Numbered from the stretch's first letter, positions 35,679-51,228 are shown. The stretch: DNA of 64,000 bases from Dimorphilus gyrociliatus (GCA_904063045.1 CAJFCJ010000027.1:434001-498000); one strand, 5' to 3'. Notes: a model not told the origin generated them from the sequence alone. Program-made: numbers and translations.

Positions 35679-38600
35679 AGGATTTCAGCGGGGCATGTCG
35701 CGTGGCCCAGCTAAAAGGATGAATAAAAACCTTTTTTAATCATACAAAATTCAATGGATTAGTTCTAGATAAAGAAAAGTTCCAAGAAATCTTTATCGAC
35801 CTACTTTATGAACTTGGAACTTTTTTGTCTTGACATGTGGATAATCTCCCACAAGCATTATTGTTTAAAATTACTTTATTTACGTACTACTGTTTATATT
35901 ATATTTATTGATTTACACCGCTTAATAACTTTACTAAAGATTTCCTAACAAAAAGAAAAGACTTTTTTTTTTCAACTACAAATATCAATCAATATTTCAT
36001 AAATGATCAATTACATTGCACAACAATTTAGGGTATTAACCTCCCCTTAGTCCGAACAAATCTTTAGAAATCTAATCAGGCTACCTGGTTGAAACCTTAA
36101 TTGAACAGGTAAAAGGAACTGACGTGTTCAATATTATAATAAGTTAATTTTTCATAGCAAATTTACACAAAAAAATGTCCATCGTATTAATTACAGAAAA
36201 CAACATCTACTCGCTGCCTACTCAAGGTTACTGTTGAAGGTTAAAAATTAACTGTTCTTTATCGCTTTGCCCATTTATTTTCTGTCTTTTTTTTTTACCT
36301 TTATTAATTAATTTATAAAAGTTCTAACGAAATTAATTGTTTAAAGAGGACAGTATAGAAGCGATAGAAAGCTTTTATATATTAATTTATCTTGTTCCAC
36401 CTTATCATTAGATGAAATACAAATAATAAAGTACCAAAATACAGTATGCTATTTATTATTCTATTTTTAATAGATATCTTATTCATAAAAAAAGTAGTAC
36501 AAATGTAGGTTGAAAGTTTTTATTTTTTCGTTTTTCTTTTACATCTTTAGGAATCATAGTACAAGATAAAAATGCATTTTGATACAGTCAAAGATCAAAA
36601 GGACATGTAACTAGGAGAGAAAAAATTTGATATAAAAAAAAGAAGAAGAAAAGAACAGTTAATTATATAATATTCCCAATATGTAATATTCAAGATCTCT
36701 TATTCAAAATTTGAAAAGTAAATATAGAGCTATATTTTTGAATTAATATTATCTTTTGACAAATACCTTTTCTATTAACTCTACGCTATTCATTCGTATA
36801 TCAATATAGATATATACATTTATTCGAAATAATGTTAATACCTTCGCTGTTCAGCGTCTATAAGCGTTTGTATCAGATTTTATGTAGGTAGTAACTATTA
36901 AAATACTCTTTTATAGGTCTTGAGATAAATATACTAAAAAATAAATTATACTATTGATAAGAGCAGATGTTACTTTTCAAAAACACAGATTTTTGCTTAT
37001 CTCATATTTTCTTAACGGAATATTATCTCATTTAGTGATGTAATAATTTTAATAAAAATGTCCTTGTTTTATTGATCATTCTATGTGCAAACATAGGACG
37101 AAAGAGATTCTATTTCCCTTTTTTTTTCGTTGTTGTCCTATTGCGATTTTCCTATACAATTTCGCATAAGGAGAGAAAAAGAAAGAAAGAGCGCTGGTTT
37201 CTAATGAACATTCGAAATATGGTACAATTTCCATAAATGTAGCAGTAATTTACTATAATAAAGAGGTAGAAATTGACTTGATTTTAATATCGTGAGGCTC
37301 TTTGCTATGATTACCGTGGACGTGTTCCGTTGTTAATAATCATTATTTCATACGTGCCCCAAAAAAAGAACTTGTATATACTTTATCAGATAGTTATTGG
37401 TTAAAAAGATTAAAAGCGTATAATGATAAATTTACCGGCTATCAATCATACACAGAGAAACTTTGATAATAAGATGAAATTATGTAATCTTAAGCCCATT
37501 TAAGTCAATAATCTATTTATACGAAAATAAAAGTAAAATAGACAGAAATATAACAATTAAGAAAGTCGACAGCCATCAAAGAACAATTAAATGGCTTTTG
37601 ATTGATTCGAACTCCTTAAAAAAATGAAATTATAGAAGAAAGTAGAACCTTATACGACAGAAATTACTGTATAAAAAGTGAATATTTATCAATCAATTTG
37701 TCGTTAAGTAACATCATTCAATCTTTTAATTCTTTCTTTCATTTATATAGTAAATTCTTATAAGAGAGTTAGCACCTTTTTATATATACATATACAATAT
37801 ATTCTCTCCTTAACTTTCGATTTAAACAAAATGTTAAAACTTTTAAAGAAGGATAAAAAAAACAAAAAGAAAAATATATAAAAAGGTTTTTTAGTGACGT
37901 CATCTATTTAAATTTCTTACAGATTTCTAAATCCATTTAGAAACTATCCAGAATTGAAGATAATCCTTGGCGTAAATGCTATAATTCAAAAACGTCAACG
38001 CCACAACTTACTGCCTTCAGTATTCTTAAAAGGTCGATCGAATATGTTCTATGAATCTTTGAAGGGTAAAAGCTTACGTATATCATTTATGGGCGTTTAT
38101 AGGCATAGTATTCTCTTGACAACAATGCGCTTACCCTTGTTATTTACTAAGAAAGGTAGTTTTTTTTATATATTTATTTACAAGAAAATTTATCGAAATT
38201 CTCCAAACTTTCCCTCTTTCTCCGACTCTAATCCTATCCCACACACACACACATATACTTTATATATTGTACATATAGGTAGATAGCTAGACATACTCAC
38301 GCACACACACACATACGTTTACATGCTAATATTTTCTCTTAGCCTAAAAATCCATACATATGTAGAGAGTATACATACCATACCAAATGTAGAAAGTATA
38401 CGTGTACCCTCTTTTCAACTATTTATAACTAAAAAATTTATTATTAAACGAATGGTAAAGATTCACTTTAACAATCGTTAGATGCGGTTTGCTAATTACA
38501 TATATTAAAATATATTTAATCTAAAAATAACTCTACCTACCAGCATTATTCTTCAGAGTAATTTTAATTAAAAGCACTATTCAATACAATCGTGAGCTTG

Positions 38601-39248
38601 AACGATTGAATGTGAATAACGATTTTAGATACAAAATTATTTAATAAATTACGTCTTTACCATTGAAAAGATTAACATTAGCGTTTCTTTTAGTCATTAT
38701 AATTAATTGTATATTATAGAAAGAAGGATAGAATTTGGTGAAAATTTCCCAATTAGGGTACATTACACAATTTTGTCAATATTAATTTAAAATAGTAGTC
38801 TTAACCATGGTTTTATAGTAAACTTTAAGACAGATGTCTCTACTGGATAATATATCGTAATTCTTTCATTAAGGTTAAGTAAACGAAATAGATAAATTAG
38901 TTGCTTTTGAAGCTTATCCAAATTGTAAATTCTAAGAACATAAATACGTTGTAGATGTTAATATTTGCATGTGCATATTTATACTCTGTCTAAGCTGTAT
39001 ATAGAAAATAATACATACAATTGTACACATACAGTATACAACATTGTATCGTAGAGTCGATGCTATAGATAAAATACTTAATGATATGAATATACAAAGA
39101 GAGATTAAAATAAATTTGTAATAAATGATTAGCAGAAGTTAAGTAGTTCCTTACGCCTATAAATCAATCTAAACACTTGCATATACGCATATAAACGTAT
39201 ACACACGTCTACTAGCTCACACTATAACACCTACGCACCCATGTTCAC

Positions 39249-39251
<3 letters not shown>

Positions 39252-39283
<32 letters not shown>
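39252..39283. repeat. (TA)n microsatellite
   Basis: Pure TA tract followed by (TG)n. Confidence 0.9.
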
Positions 39284-39284
<1 letters not shown>

Positions 39285-39897
39285 CAGCATATACATATAT
39301 ATATATCTGTGTGTGTGCGTGTGTGTGCCGTTCATGCAAAATATATTAATTGATTGGTTAAACTGTATAAATTTAATACATTGAACATTCATGAGTGTAT
39401 TTATCAGTATACAATATACATTTAAAGAAGTAAAATTATACAACATTGTATGTATAAAAACACAATTTATACAACAGTGTACAGATACTGCATATATAAA
39501 TGCTTGTATTTTTATACATTTCTCTATAGTACTTATAGTATTACTGTATATGTCTATAGCGCCTGCTTTTTTTTTTTTTACAAACACATTGATTCGGCTT
39601 ACGATTATTTACAAATTCGGGGCCTAAAATAACTTGAATATTTTTCTTCGAACAACACTTTTAGTCAGAATTGAATTACTTTCAGTATTTCCATACATTC
39701 TTTTGTGCATTTATTGACCTTCAAAACTCTATAAAATTGTATAATTAGACAGTATAGGCGAATCCCTTAGTATCCCTTGATAATCTTTCCTGATATTAAG
39801 CATTAAGAAGAGAAGACGAAATAAACTATAGCTTTGACTAGATTAACTATTTTTGACCTCCGAGTAAATCTAATTTAGTAAAAAATTTTCCCATACC

Positions 39898-40240
39898 TTT
39901 TTAATTTTTCTTGATGAGTCCCGTTCGATATCTGGCTTTCGACTGCTAGCAATAAAACCTCGTATTGAGCGGCTCCTAGCGGTGAGGCGACAGGCTGCCA
40001 GACATCGGCTGACCTTCTCTTTTAGCAGCTCCACCTAGGCTCGAGAGAGTTCGATCTCCGATAAAATAATCTCGTTTTTTCTACGATAAGAGTACGCCGC
40101 CTAGTACTAAGCGTAAACAACTGCAAAAATTTTTTGCAGAGCGGCGGCGCGGTTTTTTCTGCAAGGTTTCTGCGAGCCAGACTCGTTAGTCTTTCCGTCT
40201 GTATACGCATTTGATTAACGACCGGCGCCTGTTGTGAACT
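39898..40240 (-). promoter_or_regulatory. CpG-rich island; candidate ataxin-1 promoter / non-coding first exon
   Basis: Locally high GC/CpG in an AT-rich background; minus-strand donor AAAG|GTATGG near 39897; compatible with the acceptor ttttag at about 35711 just 5' of the Atx-1 ATG. Confidence 0.4.
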
Positions 40241-42812
40241 TTACAGATGAAAATAATTTTTCCAGTAAATTTTGCGGTATATTTTTAAGGAAAGAGAATA
40301 ATCAACAAACGAGTCGATTCCCTTACCCCTTTCAGATCTCTTCTGACCTCTCTAGTATATTGGCAGGCTATGAAGTACTACGTATAGTACTAGAGCTTGT
40401 TAAGCTCTTTCTAGAAACAGACGAATTTACAATATAAAGTGTACACTTAATAGCTTTTTGCTTAATATTTCTAAAAGATGTTTAACTCTTATACAGTATA
40501 TATGCAATCAGAAAGGGAAGCATTTTCTATTATAAATGCTACGAAACGATTTGAAGAAATATGGTTTGAGGACATTTTGTCAGTAGCAGATGCTCTTGTC
40601 TTTTATTTTGAAGATACAAGTAAGATATAAATATGAAATATATATAGAAAAATTCTTATCATATCTTTATAATTAAATCGAACTATTTAAGCAAATCATA
40701 GTAAAATCGTTTCTATTTTCATACAGTATTTATATTATTCTTTTATTGTAAAAGAATGTGGAAGATAAAGTGGGTGAAAACTGTACAACTATGTCACGTG
40801 ATATCTTCCCAATCCTCAATATGCAAGCTAATTTCTTATTCTAGTTATTCTTGCTTAGTCTTCTTCATTATGCTAGTAATTTTCAGTTCCAAGAAGGAAA
40901 AGAGCAATAAAAAAAACTGTACTTTTGGACCAACCAATATCTCTCTTTCAGATACTTCATTCAACCTAGTTTATTTCATCTGTAATTTTTTTCGACCTTT
41001 CTAGCATTCCCAATAGTTTATAAACGAAAATATATGAGCTTACGCGCCGCAGTTTCGTTACTGCGTAGAATTGGAAAACTGCAATGCGAAAATCTGGCGG
41101 ACGTTGGTCAAGATATCACGTCCGCTTGTTTGCGGCATCGATTATTTTTCCGCTACTGGCGTCTTTATTTGAAAATAGATTCAACACTAATAAAACTTGA
41201 AGAAGAAATTCCCCACCCAAAGTACGCAAATACGATATTTCTATCATTAAACAGCTAATAAACAATCGTACGTATTTCGTCTATTTCGTACAATCTACAC
41301 ACTTAAAGGATAAATAGACAAGACCGTCAGGTGGCACTGTAACTAATCCGAACACTTCCTCTGTCTGAATAAGTATACAAGAGTATATATATATATATAT
41401 GCTATTTTGTATTACAACTACCGAATTTATATAAATATGTATATAGTACTGAGCCAAGTAAACATCATTATAAATATAGATATATGTATTTATGTATGTA
41501 TAAACTTGATATATTTAGGTATATAAAGGAACCCCTTTATATTTTTACAGATCTATATATATATATATATATATATATGCTGTAAGTCTACAGTATTTCT
41601 TTATTCGTTGTTTAGATATGTATTTATGTAAGTGATACATCTATATTTTTTTCTAGCAGCTTTATTTCTCTTTTCTTCTTCTTCTTTTAAAATCTTCTAC
41701 GATTAAACATTATGAATAGGCTTCTAATGATTATTCTGAAATTAATATATAATCCAAACATTCCCTATCTGAAATATGATAATAAAAAATATATAATTGT
41801 AGCATTTACGAATTCTTTAGGCCATTATCTCGAGCGTTTCTTTAAAAAAAAGAGGAATAATAGCATATTAACAAAAGCACTGCTAGAAAGAATTCTGCAA
41901 TATCCTGGAATAATAGAAGTAAAAAATTTTCCTACAGAAACTATTCCTCTTTGACGTAATGTTGTTATGTTTATATTTACTAGGAAAATTGATTTTCTAT
42001 TTCAAAATTTTTCCTATCACCTCTTCGAGAAATGCCACACTCACTTTTAATTCATTCATTAATTACCTAAACAGAAAAAAGGTAATATATACAAAGGGAG
42101 TATTGTTAATCCTGGCAGATTTATTAAAAAAAGCCGTGTATGGCTTTTCTTCTTGTAAAAGAGGAATGAAGTCTTTGAATCAATGTCATATAGTAAAATT
42201 CGGGAAATTAAGAGTCTCTAGAGGTTTAGATAATTCCCCAATAAATATTAATGATCGATACTCAATAGGCCAAGATAAGGCGTCTAGTAATTTGCATTTT
42301 TAATAACAGCGTCTTTTCTTTTCTACAATCGATTTCTAACAAGATAAATTATGTTTTACTCAAACTTTATTCTAATTAGCCTTCCTTTTCCTTTAAAGAA
42401 TGTAGCGCTAGAAATATATACAGTATATTTATATATATATATATACTGTATATGTTTGTGTAAAGTAGTTCTAATTCTCATATATTCCCTTTTTACCTTG
42501 TGATAACGATTGTGAATAAGATCGTATAGAGTACATTGTAGGAGGCCTGAGAAAGATTTTTTCTCGTTATAAGCAGTACAGTGTATACAACGTAGTCTAT
42601 GCTATAAATACTACATATATATATAGTAATTAATATTACTTTTGGTCTATATCTATATCACATGTTCGTTTAGTACGTACGCCTATGTTAACTACAACAT
42701 GATTAACTGCATCATAAAACTATATAACGTTATATATTTATATATTCATAGACGTGTCCTTGTATATATTACTGTATAGATATGTACTGCTCCATAGGCT
42801 GTTAACATATTA

Positions 42813-42814
<2 letters not shown>

Positions 42815-42849
<35 letters not shown>
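42815..42849. repeat. (TA)n microsatellite
   Basis: Pure TA tract. Confidence 0.9.
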
Positions 42850-42853
<4 letters not shown>

Positions 42854-45800
42854 AATTATACTGCATATAGAATACATGTATTTATAAATATATATATCTA
42901 CAGTATACATGTTTATATATATCATATATTAAACTGAGTATGCTTTATCATGATGGTAGTCACAATCAATAGTAGTACGTAGGCTGCTAAACTATTAATT
43001 ATGAACTGCTAAGGAGATTTTCGTCCGATCGTTCAATAATATTATTAATAAATCTAAGGCTTTCAGAGCAACAGGAAGAATGCTGGTCAAAATCTACTGG
43101 TTAATAACGCAAAATTGGATATCCAACGTATAGCCTTTCTCTTTTTTTCCCCTTCGCTTAATCACTCTGTATAGTACAATATAGTATTATAGTATACGAT
43201 TTATATATTGATATACTGCGTATATCACATATATATCGAATATGTATATATATAAATATATATATATACTGTATATACATATATACTAATACTAATATAT
43301 CTATAAATGCCATTGATAGTGAAATTATTACCTTTTCTTTTTTGTTACAATATATCCATAACTGTACTTCACCTAGTAGTTATTCATTAAAGAATTGTCA
43401 ATATGATATAGATGAAAGGACTGTTCATTTATTTACTAATTTATTGAAAATGAATAGGTTAATATTTAAATATGTTCATTTATGTTTTTGTTAATTTTAC
43501 TAAAGAGTGTATAATATTTTTAATTATATAGTTAAAAAGTTAATTTTGAATCCATGAAGTAAATATTTGAATATTTCCTTATCAATATTATCAATATTGA
43601 ATTGAAGAAGACAATTTCTCCTAGTTCGAAGTTAGAGTTTTTGTTTATTGAACAGGGGAATAAGAGGGCAACAAGAGGTTTGAGGGTAAAAAGTAATACA
43701 AATAACGTACTAGTGAGGGCGTCGAATCAAGACGAAGAGGAAATTGATTTGACAAGGGATAGTAAAACGGTGATACGTATAAAGTCAAAGAAATATTAAT
43801 ATCTTTTTCTACTAAATCAATATATGGTTCCCTTGTCTATTTTTAGAGCTACAAACTTTACTTTTTTTGGTCACAAGTTATATTTCTACTAGAATTTATT
43901 GGAAAAGTCAATTATACGATCTTTAAGGTAAATAGACCTTTTCCTCTCGAATCGACTATTTCAGTCAATGAAATCACATGCTAAAAGAGGATATTCAAGA
44001 AAGTGTACACTTTGTCGTGTCTATCTTCCGTTATCAGTTATCAATAGAAGAACAAATGAAAGCTCTAAACATGACCATTAATCCTATAGGACTTTCTAAT
44101 ATACCCGGTCGGATTTTCCCGTTTTTTTTTTATTTATATTCAAATAAATAAGAAATTTCCTTTTTCTTATTTACTGGATTTAGCTGCGTATAAGCAAGGG
44201 AAAGTGTGGCACCCTTGCGTATTGATAAAAGCTTTTTTTCTCTCATTTCTATATTCCCAATTAATAATTCTAGTCCAAAAATAAATAAATAAATAGATAA
44301 ACAAACAGGAAGAATATTTTCTTTAATACATAACGATAAACGATAAGAGCAGATAAGGAGAGAGAATAAAGAATACGAAAACGGTATAATACATTGTTAG
44401 ATATTTGCTTTTGTATATACAGTATGTACATTACTGTACACTAATAATTCATTTTTTTTACGTGTTTGAACAATACTCTCTATATTCAATAAATAAATAT
44501 GTTTTATTCAGTATATCAAATATATATTTAAATGTATATATACACTGTATAATAACTGTTTCTTAGTCATTCAGTATTTCAAATAAGGCAAAATAGGTTT
44601 AAAAGACACTTTGGATTGATTTAAGTTCCTCTCTTTGGAGAGAAATGGTAAATTAACGGTCGATTAAATAATTTTTCCCTCTCCTAGGTCGAGGTAGCCA
44701 GCGTAAGGAATAGTTAGAGAGAGAGAGAGAGAAAAGTCAAGTTAAAAAAAAAGAGAGAACGAACGAATGAATGAATGAATGAGAGAAATGTATATAAATA
44801 AACTAGTTAAACAACTAAATAAATTGTGTATATAGTAAGTAATGAAAGTATAAAATAAAAGCGAAACAGTGTAAAAATATCAATTCAGGTGAAATATTTG
44901 AAAAAAAAATTACACTTGAAATAATTTAATGCTCTTTGAAAAGGCTGAAATATTTTTATTGATATTTTAATTGATGCTGCTTTTCCTATAATGGATTTCT
45001 CTATTTGGTAAATTATACAACCAATATAACGTACTATAAGATGAATATGAAATTGTATATTAATGTTTATTAGTGTATACTGCAAAATATATGTTGTATA
45101 CAGACGCGAAATATTCTTTAATCCTATATTACTCTGTACAGTTATATACTGTTTATGTTTATATATATATATAAACAGTTGTAATTAATAATATAATTGA
45201 AAAGAAAGGAGTCATTTGCAATATTTTAGTTGAAAGTAATTTATTAGATATCTCTCTCTGTCTCTCCAATTCTATCTCTCTTTTTTTATGTTGACAGGTT
45301 TTGAATACGTTTGGTATTCAAAAAACCTATACTTTTTATATATAAAAAATGCTCTTTTGTGTGTTTTTTTCTTTTTTTTAACTGTTCATATTAATGAATG
45401 TAAATTTTTTCTAGTGAAATATTTCGCAACCGACTTTATTGATTGACTCAATCAACTTGATTGACCTATTTTCTCTTGTAATTTTTCATAACATGCAATG
45501 GTCAGCAACTTTGAATTACTGGAATATCAGACGATCGACGTTTTTTTTTACTAGCGACCGTTCGACCGGAAACGGAATTGTATTAGCGTTTTTCATCCTT
45601 CTTTTCTCCCTTTTCGTTCGCTTCGACCGGAACAGAAAAATGTATGTAGTCGGTTTACAAATCCATACAATCAGCTAATTGTAAAAGAAATAAAAGAAAC
45701 GTTTTTTACTCGTTATCGAAAATGTATAGTACACGACTATTTATCGATCTACTCACTTAAAAGATTTATACTATGCAGAACACTGACTAGCTCATATAAG

Positions 45801-48800
45801 GATTGAACGAGTTTTTAATGTGTAGTTTATCTATATTGGTTTACTTAGTGTTTTCTTTTACAATATCCACAAGAGATGATTTTTAGTAGATGTCATTGAC
45901 CGAGTTTAGTTTAACACTAGCAGGGACATCTATAAATTATTACGATTTTTTCATGCCCTTCATCCCCATTCTAAATTCATTTATAGTAATTCAATATTAT
46001 TACCAGATTTTCCGTTCTAGATTAAATTAACAGTCTAAAGGGTTCCCAACTTTTGGATAATTTAGTTAAATTAATTTATGAAGTGATAGACAGGTCTATT
46101 GAAATTTCGTCACAATTCTCATCATTAAGTCAAAACATTTTTTTTTTTTAAATCTGTTCAATAATCTTTTCATTCGAAATTGAAATCGTTTTAGTAACGC
46201 CATCTAACTATATCAGATCTTCTTTATCACATAAAATTATCCTCGTCCTTACACAAATGCTCTACATTATAATTTCATCCCTTTTTATCTTTTCTTCCAT
46301 CTTCGTTCATAGCTGTTACACTTCACACTCGTACTCTCTCTCTCTCTCGCACCCACTTATTTACTCTCCGGCATTTTCTCCTCTCCATATCTGCTTCTCT
46401 CTTGATTTTTTGATTGTACAAACAGGAACATTAAAACGATAAGCAAAAAATTTCACATGGGGAAATTTATCATTCCCAGCAAAATCAGACGACTTGGGTT
46501 TTAATCCGCAGGCCTAATACTCCCTTTTAACAAGATTTCCTCTGTGAAAGTAAAATTTCCTTTTTATTTAACATTTAAAAAGGTTAAAAAACATGATTCG
46601 TCAATTGTAAACAATATAAAAAAACTCAGTATGCTTGTATAAATTATTGAATGAATAAGTATTAGTCTCTTTAGAGCCGTTCAATCAAAGATGAATGAAT
46701 AGAAAGTAGGCCATTTCACTTCTACTTGATTTTTGATGATTTATACATGTGAATATACATATATAAAAACATAGAAAATGGAAGAAAACTTAGTTATACC
46801 GTATATAGACAGAAGGAAATAATAAACTATAGAAGTAAAAGAAGACAAGTATTTTCGTGCACAGAAAGCGAAGCAATGCTTTGTCAATGTAAGGAAATAT
46901 TCTGGGTCATTTGGAACTATCTTATATTCTTTTAAAACTTATCTAATAACTGACTAGATCTGTATTTACCGTCTGAGTTTTTGTATAGAGATATACAGTA
47001 TAACCGACTTCTCCTATTTATTATATTTTATTCAGTATAAGAAAAATGACATTATAAGGATTATTACTTTAGCCTAAGCGCAATTAAATCTATAGAGACG
47101 GCATGCATATCTTAATAATGCATGAAGTGAGAGGAGTGAAAATTAGCGTAAAGTCTTTCCCTCTCTGCAAAGGAAAAAGGGAAAATGAGGCCAAAAGAGT
47201 TTGATGAGGGACGTTTGGCATTCCAACTAGAAATAAATGATAAAGGTAAATGAGAAAAGTAAAAAGATTTATGGAATTACGCTAAACACATTCTAGAATG
47301 GATAAACTAAATACCTAGTTGAAAATAATACATCTTGGATAAAGGCGGAACGAGAGTATCTAGAGTAATTAATTACTGTTAAAGAATAACCAAAAAGTCA
47401 TTATACCCACATATCTGCTTTTGATCAAGTTGAAGAGAAAACCAATAAATTCACCGGCAAGTTTATTTTCCAACTTTCTACGTGCTACTTTGTTTGTTTG
47501 TATGTTTGTTTGTTTGTTTTGTTTGTCTATTGAATTTCTTTTAATCTATGAGAAAAAATCGTTTTTTAATAAATCGTTCAATATTCTATCTACCATCAAA
47601 TTGTACGCTTATCGGTGACGCCTTGATTGTCATTGTTGTGAAAGCCTATCAGAAACAATTAATGTCAGTTAAACGTGCCAATTCGATTTTCGAAACAGCA
47701 AATCAACTACTCAAAGGCAATCGTAGACATGGAAATAAGTAGTTTGTTACCGGCTATATAGTAGAACGTTTGACGTTTCAAAAGGCGCTAACTATCAAAT
47801 TCTTAGTATTGCTGTGAAAAGAATTCCGAATTTAACCGCCTCTAAGACTAGCCTACTTCCGAGATTGGTATTAACTATCAACCACCTACGAGCCTTTCTC
47901 AGTTAAGATATATCGTTAAAGTTCAAGGGTCAGTTAGTATGATCTCTTCTACTGCCGTAGTTCTAGAGGGTTGGGTAGATTGAATCACAAGCTCGATCTG
48001 ATGTGTGTGAAACGAACAGTTGCAGCGAGGAAAATTCTATTTATATAAGTTTGTTAATTTAAGGAAAAAAAGGAGAGCTATTTCTTTTTGGGAAAGAAGT
48101 TATCCTCAATTTACTCGCCCGCTAAACGTAAAAAAAGGCTAAGATCATTAATTACCTACGCGTTCTCTCTACGAATATCTTCTCTTCTTTGTAGGCTGAC
48201 ATTCTCTAAACAATGAACAAAATAGCTATACCATCTATGCTCTTTTAAGTAGTTAATTTACACCTTAAAAAGTAGAAACAAAATAGAAAATTGTCATTTG
48301 AATAGCTTTCTTAAAAGCGCATTAAAATACATTTTTATACGATTATTTTCATTAAGAAAACATCTTTCGAATCATTTTTTCTTTACTCCAAACTAGAAAG
48401 GTTGAAGTAAGCAGATACTGTTTGTTTTTACTGTATAAAACGATTAATTGATGCAATGGCTGAAAAAATACTACAACAGAATACAAATATGATCTAATTA
48501 GTTTTCTTCAACGGAGAGAGGAGAAAGTTTCTCTCTCTTTTTTTGCGTTTATCTTTCTTCATCTTCTTGTCATTCTATACGCTTGAAAGAGAAATTCAAT
48601 TAAACAAAAAATTATCGTCATTAGATACATTATAACTTTAAAATTATAAAATACCTATACTCTATCGTTTCTATATGATTTTTATTCATATTTTCAAGTA
48701 TAAAAGGTACCTTTTCCAATAATAATACTCAATTTTTTATAATTGTTCAATTTTTATGAACATTATTAGTAATATAAACAAAGGTTATCTATTATTTAAC

Positions 48801-48910
48801 TGAATAAAAACAATCTTCTCTACTTCTATTATGATAATATTCTTAATAAATTATTTCAAATTTTGCGTACAAGTTATAAATATATTATATTTTTTTTATC
48901 ATTCTGTCAG

Positions 48911-48966
48911 CCTGCAGGTGGCGAAACTACTTAGACGTTTTTTTTCCCAATGCAGCCATCTGGCGA
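48911..48966. promoter_or_regulatory. Pair of convergent CTCF-like motifs upstream of ftz-f1
   Basis: CCTGCAGGTGGCGA (+, 48911) and TCGCCAGATGGCTG (-, 48966-48953) vs the consensus CCASYAGRKGGCRS. Confidence 0.45.
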
Positions 48967-49896
48967 CAGAAAACTGCTGAATTTTTTTTTAGCATAAAAA
49001 GAAAACTGGAATGAATATAGTTCGTCTATAATAAGGTATATATAGAGAGAATGCACACAAAAAAACGACAAATGCTTGAATGAAGCTTATCTCTTTACAT
49101 CTAAGTTGTTTATTTTAATGAATACGTTTTTGTTAGTATGTTTGTTCTATTATTAGCTTATTAATGCTATTAAACTGTATAAATTACTATTTTCAAATTT
49201 ATTGAATTCTATATTCTACAAAACATATAGTTAAAAATTAAAATATATGAAATATAGGCCTTATTTAAATAAAAGAATATATATATATGCTTTATATGCT
49301 ATTTATATACATATTCAAAAAAAGAATTTTAAGATCATAAACTTGATTAATAAATATATTTATGAAATATAAATATGATCTGATGCATATCCTGTGTAGT
49401 TTGTGCCCGTATAGTTGACTATTATATGCGTCATTTGGTCGTCCTCCGAGTGAGTTTGATCGTATTGAATAGAGCAGATTGTTTGATTATCCAAGTCAAG
49501 TTTACATTTTATACGGGAAATTCCTGTAAAGTTATATCGACAGACTAATTGAGAGAAAATACCACACACATCAATAACAATTCATTAGCAACGGCAATCA
49601 GTAAGGGACGCTTTGACTGTATTCGCACGCGACGTCTAAAAACGAGACTCTCTGCCCCTTGGGCGAATGTGAAGGAAAGTGTCAAAAGCGGCCAAGCGGC
49701 ACAATTACATCATTGTAACGCCCGTCTCGGCTACAGGAGACGCTCCTCTTTATACATTATACTATTGCCGAATGGCCGTCGCATTAGCGCGTTAAGTTCG
49801 TTTTCCATTTTATCTAATAGCCTATACACCCCCAGTGACAATAGCCGCGTCTATTTCTCGTTTTCTTTTAGACGCCATACCGGACGGTGATTAACT

Positions 49897-50008
49897 ATGG
49901 ACGGTCGATCGACGAGGATCTTTTCGATCAGCAGCGTCGCGAAAATTGTGCAGATGGACACCGATTTCGGTCCTAATTGGACGACTTTGACTTTGCCGGA
50001 TGAGTGCT
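49897..50008 (+). CDS. ftz-f1: Candidate alternative first coding exon A of FTZ-F1
   Basis: ATG 49897 in a GC-rich block; MDGRSTRIFSISSVAKIVQMDTDFGPNWTTLTLPDEC then phase-1 donor T|GTATGA, in frame with the phase-1 acceptor at 52969. Confidence 0.5.
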
Positions 50009-51228
50009 GTATGATTTAATCCCCCTCTTAACGTCTGCAGAAGATCGTTGTACTGTCCATTCGAATTTGTTAATTGTGCTTATTTTCTTTTCAAATACCA
50101 ACGAATTTAAAGCATTATTGATATTAAAAAAAGAAAGAAAAAAATATATATTTGTTTTTTTTTAATAAAAAAAAAGTCATTCAACTATTTATTTAGTTAA
50201 ATTTTGCGGAACATATCTACACTTTAATTACAGGAACCGGAAAGAACTTTGTATACTTACATGAAAAGAGAACAAAACCGCTGAAGCCATTAGTAGAAGA
50301 ATTATCACGAGTATATAAGTTCCAATTAATTTTGACTATCTATAGGTTTTTCTTTTGCATACAAAGTTCTCCTTTTATATTTTAGATTATCAATTATTAT
50401 AGACTTTTTGCTATTTAGAAAAGATGTATAAAGTAAAATGAAAGAACGAAAGAAAAAATGAATAAATGAATGAACGAATAAATAAAAGAAAAAGAGATTT
50501 CATCAACGATGAACAGGGGAATAAATTAACTGAAGAAAACCTCATAAAGAACTTAATAATAAAGATTTTATGTGGCAGGTGCTTTTCTTTTAAAATACAA
50601 GTTTTCGCTCCTTTTTATTAATCTTTCATTATTTTCATCTTATTATATAATCAGCAATTAAATAAGGAAATTAAACTGACTCCTTATAGCTATATCTTAT
50701 TGTTAAATGAGGTTAGTTGAAATGTTTCTTTCCTCTGTTATACAGAAATATTTAGTTAACATTTTCATTTTCCATTAATGGCAAAATTATATTCCTGTCT
50801 CTTCTAATATACAACCCTATTAATAAAATAATAGCTCATTAAGGTCCTCAGATAAACAGTGGTTAGCTTTTATAGAATTAATATCTCCAGTCAGAAAAGA
50901 TTCAGACTGAGACGGCCCATAGAGAAAGATAGAAATAGATAAAAGATTTAGGTTTTTTTGTGCTTTTAAGGAGAATTCATTAAAAACAAAATATAATAAA
51001 GCTCCCAGGATATATATTAAATATATTCGAACAAAACTAAATAGATAAATTCTCCGTGCGAAATTCAGTTAGAAAACAAGCTGGAGCATTATTTGCGTAC
51101 AACTTTAAGCAACCAATGAACGTCAAGATAGTTGAATAAATTATGAAAATGAGCATATCTTAGCTTTCCATTCGCCGTCTATTTTCACATTACGAAAGTC
51201 GTACATTCTCCTTAAACTCTCATTCGAC

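Noticed and set aside
39965-40060. tRNA-like A-box (CCTAGCGGTGAGGCG) and B-box (GAGTTCGATCTCC)
   Set aside because: No acceptor or anticodon stem pairing, and the spacing is too long; better explained as a CpG-rich promoter.
41712-42303. Adjacent 80-aa and 114-aa plus ORFs
   Set aside because: No domain motifs, different frames, AT-rich codon usage and no splice signals linking them; not a recognisable transposase.
49549-49890. 113-aa TTG-started ORF
   Set aside because: Stop-poor GC-rich promoter/5'UTR sequence of ftz-f1 with no homology.
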